Below are positions 36,876-49,003 of a stretch of DNA of 51,161 nucleotides, in pieces (the stretch's first letter is position 1; every line of letters starts with the position of its first letter). This stretch comes from Octopus bimaculoides (taxonomy: Eukaryota). The DNA lies in NCBI RefSeq assembly GCF_001194135.2, contig NC_068981.1:87188465-87239625 (forward strand), given 5' to 3'. The position numbers and the translations under genes are program-made. The notes under the pieces are model-generated. The model saw nothing but the letters and a program-made list of their open reading frames with translations. It made no database searches and was not told the origin of the DNA.

Positions 36876-38002
36876 TGTAGTGAAACTACCTCCCGCCATT
36901 AGATACAAACTACTATCGCCATTACATACAATCTTCTCATTTAAATATAAATAAATGCGAGCGTAGTAGAGAACCCATTCCTTGACATCACGTGACTGAC
37001 CATTATTCGAATCGGCAACTTCTTCGAACCGTTCCCGCCAGAACGCAAACTGACCAATCATGGCCCCTAATAAGGTCACGTGATAGAGTAAAATTCTAAA
37101 GGCATTTGGAGCCCTCTTAACGCTATATATAGATCAACTCATACCCANNNNNNNNNNNNNNNNNNNNNNNNNNNNNNNNNNNNNNNNNNNNNNNNNNNNN
37201 NNNNNNNNNNNNNNNNNNNNNNNNNNNNNNNNNNNNNNNNNNNNNNNNNNNNNNNNNNNNNNNNNNNNNNNNNNNNNNNNNNNNNNNNNNNNNNNNNNNN
37301 NNNNNNNNNNNNNNNNNNNNNNNNNNNNNNNNNNNNNNNNNNNNNNNNNNNNNNNNNNNNNNNNNNNNNNNNNNNNNNNNNNNNNNNNNNNNNNNNNNNN
37401 NNNNNNNNNNNNNNNNNNNNNNNNNNNNNNNNNNNNNNNNNNNNNNNNNNNNNNNNNNNNNNNNNNNNNNNNNNNNNNNNNNNNNNNNNNNNNNNNNNNN
37501 NNNNNNNTCTGTATAACAAGAATCACGGCTAGGCATCGATGCCTCGACATCACAACTAGTGATCAGCTCTGCCAAACTCAGCCTCCCTCACTTTCACATA
37601 CAGAACTTTTCTTATTGTGTACCCAAGATCTGGTATAATTGCTCACGTGTCATTGACTCTTTCTCTGCTGTAATATTTCACATACACACATGTATCACTC
37701 ACATACACACTTTTCTTTGTATGACGGCCTGTCTTTGATTATGTTCTTATATGTCGCATTCACACTCTCACACAGACATACATCTTTAACGATACAATAA
37801 ATATATCTGTTATTCATCTAATACGGTTGTGGTCTTTCATTACTGGTCATCTATGTTATCGTAGTATAACATATCATGTATATCATCCATTGATATATAT
37901 ATATTTTGTGTTCGACCGTGTGACTCGTTTAAATAAAGGGAGTCCTCTGTTCTTCCATTCGTCACCATTTCTCCTTTTGAGTTCGCACGGTCGTTCCTAA
38001 CA
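36876..38002 (+). mobile_element. Solo LTR with 5-bp target-site duplication
   Basis: AGCAA|TGTAG...TAACA|AGCAA. CACGTG boxes, CCAAT and TATATATA before the gap; AATAAA at 37932. Confidence 0.85.
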
Positions 38003-38057
38003 AGCAATATTTTAAATCAATGATTAATTTCACATTGAAGTTTCGGCTTGCCAGGAG

Positions 38058-38292
38058 CAGGGCCGTCACTAAATCCCTGCAACCCCTGCGGTCGCAGGGG
38101 CCTCCACGGTTGAGGAGCCCCATGTTTAGACCAAAGATGTTCTTTAGGATAACGTAAATTATTGAACTTCAGATAGAATAAAGTAAAATATAACTATGAA
38201 TAAAAGGTGCGAGATTATGAATTTTGATTGAAGGGATGGGGCCTCGAAACACAAAGTTGCAAGGGGCCTCTAAAAGTCACGCGACGGAGCTT
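38058..38292. mobile_element. hAT-type MITE (235 bp)
   Basis: TIR CAGGGCCGTC / GACGGAGCTT; 8-bp TSD gccaggag/gccaagag. Confidence 0.8.
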
Positions 38293-39379
38293 GCCAAGAG
38301 GTTACCTTTTTTATTCAAGTGAAAACTATGGGACAGTTTTACGAGTAGCTCATATTATTATGAACTTAGTACACATGTACGTATCTTCAACTTGTTGATC
38401 GCATAATTAACATTTTTATTATGTAAGCCTGTCACTACTACTCGTTTTACAATCAGCCTTGTATTAGGTTTATTTGCTTTCTTATCGTATCGTTCCACAT
38501 AAGTATGAATGGTAGGTACATAACTTTATTTTTAGCCTTAGTGAGTGAACAATTTGAAAGAAATATTTGCGTGAAGAAGGAAGTTTAGTAAATTCAGAGA
38601 ACTACAAAATGTCATCCCAAACAGCTATCAATCGCACTAATGTCTGAGTTTTGCTTCATTACAACGCAGAAACGTTCTAATATATACAAAAATAAAATAT
38701 TTGACAGAGCAATGTGTTAATGATGAAATTTCAAACTGTAATCACATTATCTATATTTTTAAACTGTTTAAAAGACTAGCATAAAAGAAGCTCGACTCAT
38801 TCAAGTAGGTTACCAAGGTGAGTTAATTCAAGTGTTAAATGGCTGTTCGCAGCCAAGTGAAATTAATATCTCCCAACCTAACAAATCAATAAAATGATAC
38901 CGTACAATTTGATACAAAGCGATTTGTGTTCTTTTCTTTTTATCTCAATTCTCGAAGCTTTTGTTATATAAATTCGTATAACCACATTACTTTGGGTCGG
39001 TTTTTTCCAAACCCATTTTTTTCTTTTGCTGAACGCCCAAATGAAACATTTCGGTACTTATAACTACTCCAAATTTAACCATTACATTATAAAAGTAATT
39101 GTTGTAATCTAAATGAAAATTAATATATAATTCGTTGCCCATTTCATAACTGTTATTGCATACTCCCTAAGGGCGGGATGCCCTTCCTCCATCGCTTTGT
39201 GAAAATCTATCCTACAGAGATTTTTCTGCCAATTAACGAAGAAAGAAAGCAGTTTTAGGAAAGTGAGTTAAAAGCCAAGATAGTTTATAAACATTTATAT
39301 TATCTCTGAATGACTGATCTTACACCTAGGGCTAGCAGAAGGTACCGGCACATGTTTGCGTGTATGTGTGTGTGTGTGT

Positions 39380-39461
<82 letters not shown>

Positions 39462-39660
39462 NNNNNNNNNNAAAAATTAAAATTAAATTAAGTTTCACAG
39501 AGTAAAATATGTATAAATATATAGTTTTAGGGAAAAGAACCAAGGTTCATGAACTCATCGATGAAAATCGAGTCACATATAGAAAAATTAATAATTAAAA
39601 GCACAATAAATGAGTATAATATAATACAATGTAAATATCATAAGATAAAGACAATAAAAT

Positions 39661-39764
39661 GACTACATGTGTTTCATAACTAATTTTCAAATAGAAAGGA
39701 AATTTAAATCGATTAAAACTATCGAAAATCAATTCTATTCAAAAATATAGCTAATCTTCAGGTC
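39661..39764 (-). ncRNA. Long-stem-II hammerhead motif, degenerate (same family as 8879-8992)
   Basis: GAC-CTGAAGA-TTAGCTA...TAGTTAT-GAAA-CACAT-GTA^GTC. Confidence 0.6.
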
Positions 39765-40029
39765 AAAATACAAAAATAATAATAATAAATGAATGCATAT
39801 ATCAACCAACAATAAATACCAAATGAATTTATATAAAATACTTATTGTATAAAGATAGAAAAATATTATTAAAAATATCAAAATAATAAACGTTCCATAA
39901 TCAACCCTACGTCCATTATAATATGTATGTGTATATATTTATATATATGTCTGTATATATACATACATATATATTTATACATACGTCTGTATGTATGTGT
40001 ATATATTTATATATATATATATATACGCA

Positions 40030-40120
40030 TACATACAGACGTGGCTGTGTGGTAAGAAGCTTGCTTCCCAACCACATGATTCGTAGTTCAGTACTAGTAG
40101 TAGTAGTAGTAGTAGTAGTT

Positions 40121-40166
<46 letters not shown>

Positions 40167-41116
40167 AAGACACTTCGGCAAGTATCTTCTATTATAGTCT
40201 CGGGCTAGGGCTAGCTGAAGGTACCGGCAACTCGGGCAGTCGCCCGGGCGCCATGTGCTAGGGGGCGCCAAGGAGGGCGTGACAAAGACAAGGAAATTTT
40301 CACGAACGTCAGCTTGTACACGCCGAAGTTCAGCTTGCATTGGGCGCCAGCAACCCTAGGGCCGGCCGCAACAGTTTTCTCCCACGAGAGTTCCGGACTC
40401 TAGTAATGCATACAGACAATTAGAGCTCACCTTGACCTTCTTGTCAAGTTAACAAACACACTCTACCAAGTAAACTCAAGACGAAGAACGGTGTTGTAAA
40501 TCAACCGATCGCCAAGTTATGCCTGATTTTAAAAGGAGACAAGTAATGGATCTAGTTCTTTTTCATTCGCAAAATATGCATTTTTAAAAGACAGTAAAAA
40601 ATCTGAAAATCGGCTATAATAATGTAACTTTCTAGTCGCATTGCTTTGAATGTATGATGTCGTGGAGAAAAAGAATTGGAGAAAAAAGTTACAGAGGTTT
40701 AAAAATCGAAAAAACTGTATATTTTTAGCCAATAGCTAGACAGAAATTTTCTGCGTTTAGCGGAGCGGTGTCAAATTTAAGGTTGTACCCTGTGAAATTT
40801 AGAGTTTAGTGTCTGACCTGTTCACTATAGGTGTCTAAATAAACAGAAATACCTAATAAAATCAACATGCATCATCTTACTGTTTCTTTTGTCTCTTCAT
40901 TGATTGTATGGTTTTACTCTTTTTTCTAATTTATTATATTAATATATTTGTCTGCATGAGTTTACTTTATGCGTATTTCAATATTATGTATACCTGTCAT
41001 CTATTTGTGTACATCATTAATATATAAGTGCATGTGGATGTATGTATTCATATATGAGTTTATATGTACATTTATGCATTCATGTGTGTGTACGTGCGTG
41101 TGTGTGTGTTTGCGTG

Positions 41117-41154
<38 letters not shown>

Positions 41155-42750
41155 TCCAAGACTCCAAAGTTGAGTAACGTTTTCATGCTTGGATTTGTAA
41201 ACTACGATAAGAATAAAACTGGTCAACAAAGAATTTGTCCCACAGAAAAGAATACCTGTATCTTATACGTTTTTGCATGCAGAATTCAAAAATAATGTCA
41301 AATTATCTGTATCAACCACAGTTTCTCTTTTCCACGAATTTTACTCTCAGTTCCTGTTACGTGGACTAAATTTCAGTTACGCTGTTGAAATGTGAAGCTA
41401 ACGGTTTAAGAAATACTCCTAATTTGAATTTTTATGAACAGAATTAACCTACTGAAATCATAAATCTGAGTTAATGAGTTCCAAAAATATATGAAATTAA
41501 AAATATGTAAAAGTACTAAAACACACAAAAAAGCACAGAAAAATACTAACACACAGAAGCACAGTAAAATATGTAATACACTAACACACAGAAAAATTAA
41601 AACAAAACGCGGGTGAAAAGAATCTCGTGGTGTGAAGAATTAAGTGTGAAAAATCAACATAGACAACAGTGGCACATACATCAGTGAACCACAAAACAGC
41701 GTGTGGTTGTCATGGTAACAAGCTGCTAATGCCACGCTGTTGATTGGCTAAAATTACCCAACTTTAATGCCAAATAACATCAGGTGCTTTAATTTACGAG
41801 ATAAAGTAATTGGTTGATCGTAATCAAAATTCAGAGTTGCATCGATACACCAAAATTGAAAGCAATCTCAGCAAAATTAAGGGGGTTTCATTTTGCAAAT
41901 GAGAAAGATTAGATCCGGGAAAAATGTGGGTAGAGGTAATGTGCTAGCAACCCTTTCCCCTTACTGTTTTGAAAAGTAAACAACACAAATAACTACGCAG
42001 AGGCAGCCATGGTTGAAACAAGAACAAGATCAAGAAGCATTATTAAAAGAGAAAAGAAGCATGGTCATTCCTTACCCAAGTGACCTAATCTTATCGCCCA
42101 TCACTTGTTATGCGCTCATGAATTAGTTTGATAGTTGAGCTTTGATTGGCTGTATGCAAATGAGTTCATAACTGGGGTCCGGAACTCTTGTTGGAAAAAA
42201 TTTACCGGGCCGGCCCTGCCTCGGACCGACCGGAGCCTTGTGAGTGGATTTGATAAACGGAAACTGAANNNNNNNNNNNNNNNNNNNNNNNNNNNNNNNN
42301 NNNNNNNNNNNNNNNNNNNNNNNNNNNNNNNNNNNNNNNNNNNNNNNNNNNNNNNNNNNNNNNNNNNNNNNNNNNNNNNNNNNNNNNNNNNNNNNNNNNN
42401 NNNNNNNNNNNNNNNNNNNNNNNNNNNNNNNNNNNNNNNNNNNNNNNNNNNNNNNNNNNNNNNNNNNNNNNNNNNNNNNNNNNNNNNNNNNNNNNNNNNN
42501 NNNNNNNNNNNNNNNNNNNNNNNNNNNNNNNNNNNNNNTGTGTGTGTGTGTGTGTGTCCACTACCACCGCTTGAGATCCGGTCTTGGTGTGTTTATGTTC
42601 CTATAACTTAGCGGTTTAGCAAGAGGCCGATAGACAAAGTACTAGGCTTTAAAAAAATAATAAGTACTAGGCTCGATACATTCGACTAAAAATTCTTCAA
42701 GGCAGTGCCCCAGCATGGCCGCAGTTTCATGACTGAAACAAGTAAAAAGA
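40030..42750 (+). mobile_element. SINE family A split by a 2-kb hAT insertion (40030-40205 and 42219-42750)
   Basis: Head gtggctgtgtggtaagaagcttgcttcccaaccacatg stops at tctcgggc, resumes at cctcggaccgacc...gccttgtgagtggatttg, and ends gcatggccgcagtttcatgactgaaacaagtaaaaag. Confidence 0.85.
40206..42218. mobile_element. Non-autonomous hAT-type element (2013 bp)
   Basis: TIR TAGGGCTAGC / GCCGGCCCTG; 8-bp TSD tctcgggc/cctcggac inside a SINE; no transposase recognised. Confidence 0.82.
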
Positions 42751-42758
42751 CAAATATA

Positions 42759-44009
42759 CAAGGGTTGGACAAAATAATGGAAACACCATAAAATTTCAAA
42801 CAAATTTATTTTAATATGGTGAAGGACCGCCTTTGGCAGTAATTACAGCTTGAATTCTACGAGGTATGAACTCGTACAAAATTTGATTTGTTTCCTAAAG
42901 AATTTTTGTCCATTCTTCAGTTAAAACAGTCTCCAGTTCTTGTAGTGATGATGGTGGAGGATACCGACTCCTTTCTTGTTTTTCTAAAATGCACCATAAA
43001 TGTTCAATAATATTGAGATCTGGGGACTGTGGTGGCCAGATAAGATGTTTAACTTCACTAGAATGTTCCTCGCGCTATTCAGTAACAACTTTAGCTGTGT
43101 GAATTGGTCCATTATCATTCTAAAAGATTACGTTTCCCTTCAGAAACAGTTCCGCAACCATAGGATGAATTTGATCAGATAAAATGCTTAAATAGTTTTG
43201 ACTATTAATTCTGCCATGAAAAAATCATTGGACCGGCGGATTTCCAAGATATAGCTCCCCATCCCGATCATCATAGATCCTCCTCTATGTTTAACAGTTG
43301 GAAGGCAGTCTGGGTCAAATACTTGTTTTGGCTGTCTCCACACGTATACTCGGCCGGTGGTCGGAAATAAGGTAATGGATGACTCGTCCGAGAAAATAAC
43401 ATTCTTCTACTGCTCTGGGGACCAATTCTGTATGTTTTTACTCCACTCTAAACGCTTTGCAACGCTTGTTTTTGAAAGTAGCGGTTTTCTGATTGCAACC
43501 CTCCTTTGAAATCCGGCTTTGTGCAGCTCCCGGCGAACAGTTTTTGTGGAAACTGGGTTCTCGAGGTGGTCATTAAGCTCTGCAGTAATTTTGGGTGCTA
43601 GCACCTTTCTAACAATTTGCGTGATCCTCGTGATCCTTTTCTAACAATTCGCGTAAGAGCCCGACGGTCCCTATCTGAAAGTATTGTTTTCTTCCGGGGT
43701 TTTGTTTTGATGAGGAGGTTTTTCCTCTCTTTCTCAAAGGCTGTCATTATTTTCGAGACAGTACTTCTTGATACACCAAACATTTCGGCTGTTTTCGTTA
43801 CGCTAGAGCCTGCCATACGAGCACCAACAATTTGACCTCTTTGAAAGTCCGATAGATCTGTCATTTTAATGAATTTTAATTACCTTTTTCTGATGATATC
43901 TGAAAAGAAACAGCAATTTTAGCAACCCTAATAATAAATCAAAAATAAACAAGCTTTTGACGGTTTTATAGATATTTCAAAATTATGGTGCTATGATGCT
44001 AGGTGTTTC
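42759..44009 (-). mobile_element. Tc1-family transposon, full-length pseudogene
   Basis: TA+caagggttggacaaaataatggaaacacc TIR; partner ggtgtttc runs into the gap. MTDLSDFQRGQIVGARMAG...VSTKTVRRELHKAG...VIFSDES; frameshifted. Confidence 0.93.
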
Positions 44010-44601
44010 NNNNNNNNNNNNNNNNNNNNNNNNNNNNNNNNNNNNNNNNNNNNNNNNNNNNNNNNNNNNNNNNNNNNNNNNNNNNNNNNNNNNNNNNNNN
44101 NNNNNNNNNNNNNNNNNNNNNNNNNNNNNNNNNNNNNNNNNNNNNNNNNNNNNNNNNNNNNNNNNNNNNNNNNNNNNNNNNNNNNNNNNNNNNNNNNNNN
44201 NNNNNNNNNNNNNNNNNNNNNNNNNNNNNNNNNNNNNNNNNNNNNNNNNNNNNNNNNNNNNNNNNNNNNNNNNNNNNNNNNNNNNNNNNNNNNNNNNNNN
44301 NNNNNNNNNNNNNNNNNNNNNNNNNNNNNNNNNNNNNNNNNNNNNNNNNNNNNNNNNNNNNNNNNNNNNNNNNNNNNNNNNNNNNNNNNNNNNNNNNNNN
44401 NNNNNNNNNNNNNNNNNNNNNNNNNNNNNNNNNNNNNNNNNNNNNNNNNNNNNNNNNNNNNNNNNNNNNNNNNNNNNNNNNNNNNNNNNNNNNNATAAAG
44501 CCCTCTCTTCGTGATCGTTTGACCAGCTAGAAAATCACTGAAATCCCGCTCAAACCATTGAAGGTGAAGGAATACATTGAATAATGCGATCTTTGATGCG
44601 C

Positions 44602-44665
<64 letters not shown>

Positions 44666-45144
44666 ATTGGTTGGGTAAAACGGTCACAGCTGAAACGTTA
44701 TTGATAACAAGTCTATCTACTAGAGCTAACATAGAGCTAAATACCTTCAACAACAGCTGCTGCAGCAACAACAACGACGATGATAGAACATGATAGCCAT
44801 AAAAGGAAGGAATGAACAACTTATTTGTGGACTAGAGAAATATGTTGACGTAACATTCACAGAAATTACGACTGAATACAAGGAACATTATTTTTCTTGT
44901 GAACAAGGACATTCTTTTTTTTTTATTCTTTTACTTGTTTCAGTCATTTGATTGCGGCCATGCTGGAACATGGACACAGTATGTCAAGTTAAAAAGTGTA
45001 TGATACATATACAGACGAACGGGAAAACGTATTTTAAGTACACAGGGAAAACAGACACAGATAGTCCCTAATTCCTCATCAGTTATCAACCGGATGGTAT
45101 TACACAGTTTCGCATATATACCTATATGTATGGATATGTGTCTG

Positions 45145-45194
<50 letters not shown>

Positions 45195-45645
45195 TGTGTG
45201 TGTTTGTGTGTGTGTGNNNNNNNNNNNNNNNNNNNNNNNNNNNNNNNNNNNNNNNNNNNNNNNNNNNNNNNNNNNNNNNNNNNNNNNNNNNNNNNNNNNN
45301 NNNNNNNNNNNNNNNNNNNNNNNNNNNNNNNNNNNNNNNNNNNNNNNNNNNNNNNNNNNNNNNNNNNNNNNNNNNNNNNNNNNNNNNNNNNNNNNNNNNN
45401 NNNNNNNNNNNNNNNNNNNNNNNNNNNNNNNNNNNNNNNNNNNNNNNNNAGAAATTTGAAAAGAAAATACGAAACCGGTTATTTCTCCAAATACAATGTT
45501 TCTATACTCAAAATTTTATAACATTTTTCTAACATAACGATTTAAATATATACTTTAACCATGTAACACAAGTCTTCTGTAGTTTTTTCACTCTTGTTTA
45601 TCTTTTATACATCCAACCACGTCCTTTCACATACCAACTTTCTCA

Positions 45646-45692
<47 letters not shown>

Positions 45693-45753
45693 ACACACAT
45701 ATATATATACATACGTATATATATACGCATACATACATGCATACATGCATACA

Positions 45754-45787
<34 letters not shown>

Positions 45788-46016
45788 CACATACATACAA
45801 CTGAACTTTGGGAGGGGCATTATGCCGGTAATAATAAACACACGTACTGGTTCGATCCATTATTGTTAGTTAATGGGTTAGTTACACTACTAACAAATTT
45901 ATCGATCAGCCGTTTTCTTTTACTTAGTTTTTCTAACTTGTATGTTAAACACTTTGATCAAACAGTTAATCGATAGTTCAAATGTTCGGTATTGTTCATG
46001 TTGTTATTTCTTTTTT

Positions 46017-46062
46017 TGTCAAATAATTATTTCATCGCATTTTTGCAATCTCTTCAGTGACA
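46017..46062 (-). ncRNA. Minimal type-I hammerhead motif, intact core
   Basis: TGTCA-CTGAAGA-G-ATTGCA(AAAA)TGCGAT-GAAA-TAATTA-TT^TGACA. Stem I 5/5 bp; stem II 6 bp; palindromic ATAATTAT stem III; NUH = AUU. Confidence 0.78.
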
Positions 46063-46210
46063 CGTCTTTCTACTTCCATTTCTTTTGAACTTATGTTCCA
46101 GCGTTGGAATTTGACCGAGATCTGCCCGAGATGAGTATGTATGTGCATGTCTGTATGTGTGTGTGCTTATGCGTAAGTGTGTGCGTCCGTATGTGTGTAT
46201 GTGTTTTTTT

Positions 46211-46520
46211 TATAGTGATTAGTCACATACCACGGTTTCATTGTTATAATAGCAATTTCTACCCTTATTATCGGCAAGCTTCGATGCAGAAAATTATTTT
46301 CTGCAGAATCATTTCCGACTTCGGCACGCCAAAACGAAGACATTTGAAAGATACCCACCAAATATAATTGATAGAACTGTATGCATGCTCTCTCTCGGGA
46401 GGATGTCTCTTGTATAGTTCTGCAAATTATATTTTCTATGACGGTCACACTGAGGATTTGCAGACATTTACGTAATGTAAATGGTAACAATGAAACTATG
46501 GTATGCGACTAATCGCTATA
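46211..46520. mobile_element. MITE with 36-bp TIRs (310 bp)
   Basis: tatagtgattagtcacataccacggtttcattgtta versus reverse complement tatagcgattagtcgcataccatagtttcattgtta. Confidence 0.8.
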
Positions 46521-46816
46521 TTTTGTATCTTTTCATTTGTCTTGCTCGCAATACGTTCTGGCGTTTGCCGAATTTTCTTGAGAACAATTTTTATTAGTGG
46601 TCAGACCATATGGCGTCTGTTTAAATTGCAGTTCCTGAGGCATACCTGTACTGGTTGTCAAAGAAAGATATTTTCGACCTGCCATAATGAATCTCATAGA
46701 CATGTCCAGCCTTTCCAGCTAAAATACTGTTTACCAGGAAGTAGAAATCTTTCAAAGTGTAAGCATATCAAAATTGAAGTATAACCAAAATATGCAGAAA
46801 GCATAACAACCAAAGC

Positions 46817-46860
46817 GAGTAAAACAAGCATCACGTAATAACGTGATGCTTGTTTTACTC
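46817..46860. other. Perfect 20-bp inverted repeat with 4-nt loop
   Basis: gagtaaaacaagcatcacgt-aata-acgtgatgcttgttttactc. Confidence 0.95.
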
Positions 46861-47488
46861 CATAAATTGTGTCCTAGACAAGACCTTAAACAGCTTTCAG
46901 GGGTGAAGCTCCAGTTCGGAAGTTTAGGAATTTGGAAGAGTATGGAGATCCTCGTTAATCCTCACTGTTCCCATGTCTGTTCTAGCCCAGGGTGAGAGAG
47001 TTTATGAAGGGCTCCAGTCATAAGTCAAGTAGTAGAAAGTGATCATGGTAGGCAGGACACGGATCCGTAGACGTATGTCACACAGACCACCAGTGTGTGG
47101 ACATACCTTGATGTCACATGAACAGATCCCTTTTCTTAAGGGTTAAACAAGCCTTGTGCCCCAAAGGCAAACTTGGGAGAAGAAACATGGGTAAACTGTA
47201 AATAAATCGGCAGAATGCAACAAGAAACCACAGATGTATCATTCCCAAGAAAAATCATGAATCTTCAGGCTTTTGCGTGGAGATTCATGGTACATGAAGA
47301 AAGAGAGATCCATAATTACGATTCACGAAGGCCTCCTTCAATATAGCAACACTATTCACCCATCACATATTGAGACGCAGCAAAAGAGGAAGTTCGCAAC
47401 ACACAAATAAAGATCAAATAGCTCCATTACATAACTGATACATTATAACAGATTTTAAACAACTCAGCCATTGACAACTACACACAGA

Positions 47489-47569
47489 TGGTACTATAAT
47501 GGTACATATAATGATACATTTTAGGTACTATAATGGTACTACAATGGTACATTTTAGGTACTATAATGA
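47489..47569. repeat. Short minisatellite built from ggtactataat / ggtacatttta units
   Basis: Direct reading. Confidence 0.75.
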
Positions 47570-48208
47570 AAACATTAACAAACCCATAGAAATAATATAA
47601 GAAATAAGATGAATAGTTATTTCCTCAAGGAAAATCTATCCTGAAACGCTATACATATGCGATAGATAAAATAACAAAACTACGACTAAATACATCAAAA
47701 TTAGGAATATTGTGCAGTCATTAAAAATTGTCTCTTAATAGTGGATAGGTTTCTAGTTAAAATAGTCAAATATTTATTGAAACCTCCAACTATATATCCA
47801 AAGAGTGTCAGGTGTGCATCATTTTCCACACATATTAAATATATTTAAAATATTTATTGAAAGTAATTGTCCATTGCCTCTATTATATATTCTGAATATT
47901 TTGTAACTTTTAAATTATAGATTTAAAATAAATGCTCGTGACAAGGTAGATGTGTTAACACAAATTCGCAAGATTCAACATGAGACTCATTCGAAAAATA
48001 ATAGCCAATGATGTCATTTCTGTTCCATATTTTTTCAGGCTTTGCATTGTTTGTAAGCCTTTCTAAAATACCAAACGAACAATATGTAAAACGGTAATAT
48101 TGTTTTACCAGTTATACATCTCTATAACTGTTTTAATTCCAAATACCAGTATTGAGAAAAGCATTACAACTGATTTTTCATCAAAGAGGACGAAGGGTAA
48201 GAAAAGTC

Positions 48209-48611
48209 AGTAATTTCCTATTTGACGTTCGTAAAATCATAGTCATCCATAAAGTTTGTTTCAATAAAACATTTCATAATTGTAAATAGTACACGCTGCG
48301 AACAGCGAGTAAAAAGTTAGGAAAAATGTTAGACTTATTTTGAATAGAGATTCGCCCTGGGCACATGTGAAAATTCTTCAACAATCCACGGCGGGCACAC
48401 CAAGCAATACAAGTCGCTGAATCTGGCAAAGATTGAGTCAGCGTCGTAGTTGTATGCCTTTCATTTGTTATCTGCAGATCTGTAAGTATTTCGTTGGGAT
48501 TCGCAACAAAACGATGAGCAGCAGGCTCGTCCACGACATACGCTAATCGAGTTGATATGAAATTGAAACTAAAACAAATTCGATATTACGACTGTCAAAT
48601 AGGAAATTACC
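48209..48611 (-). mobile_element. Merlin/IS1016-like non-autonomous element
   Basis: 30-bp TIR (G/A)GTAATTTCCTATTTGAC... (26/30). Internal frame LPDSATCIAWCARRGLLKNFHMCP resembles a Merlin transposase N-terminus. TSD only 5/8. Confidence 0.65.
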
Positions 48612-48689
48612 GGAAGTTCTATTGGCGATCTTTATTGTGCCACAGAGATAAATACTGTTGATTAAATAAGAAAAATGTTAATAATTTAC

Positions 48690-48851
48690 CTGTGCTTTAA
48701 CAAGTGAGGAATAAAGTCCGTCTTGTTTCATTAATTCTTCGTGGGTTCCTCTCTCGACAATTACTCCACCTTTGAAAGCTAAAATCATATCTGCTGATCG
48801 AATTGTTGATAATCTGTGAGCAACAACTAATGTAGTACGACCGCTCTGGAC
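48690..48851 (-). CDS. ABCB1: ABCB1-like exon, NBD1 H-loop (162 nt, phase 0-0)
   Basis: tttacag|GTC...CAG|gtaaat. Translates [54 protein letters not shown]. Confidence 0.98.
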
Positions 48852-49003
48852 CTGTAAATTTTATTTGGAGAAAGAATATATGCATCCCCGTGTGTTTAAC
48901 GTGTAAATGTTAAATAATTAGTTGAATGTTAAATAGATAATTAACAGAATGCAAAGACTGATTGTGAAAATGTTATAAGGTGTGTAAGACAAACAAGACG
49001 TAC

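Noticed and set aside
12412-45449. Missing ABCB exons hidden in N gaps
   Set aside because: The 12 exons already join in frame and match the expected domain order; extra symmetric linker exons cannot be fully excluded.
8419-45976. Long ORFs in the supplied track made of [12 protein letters not shown] or X runs
   Set aside because: These are translations of microsatellites and N gaps, not genes.
33435-47569. Short tandem repeats considered as CRISPR-like arrays
   Set aside because: No constant repeat with unique spacers, and the context is eukaryotic; these are ordinary minisatellites.
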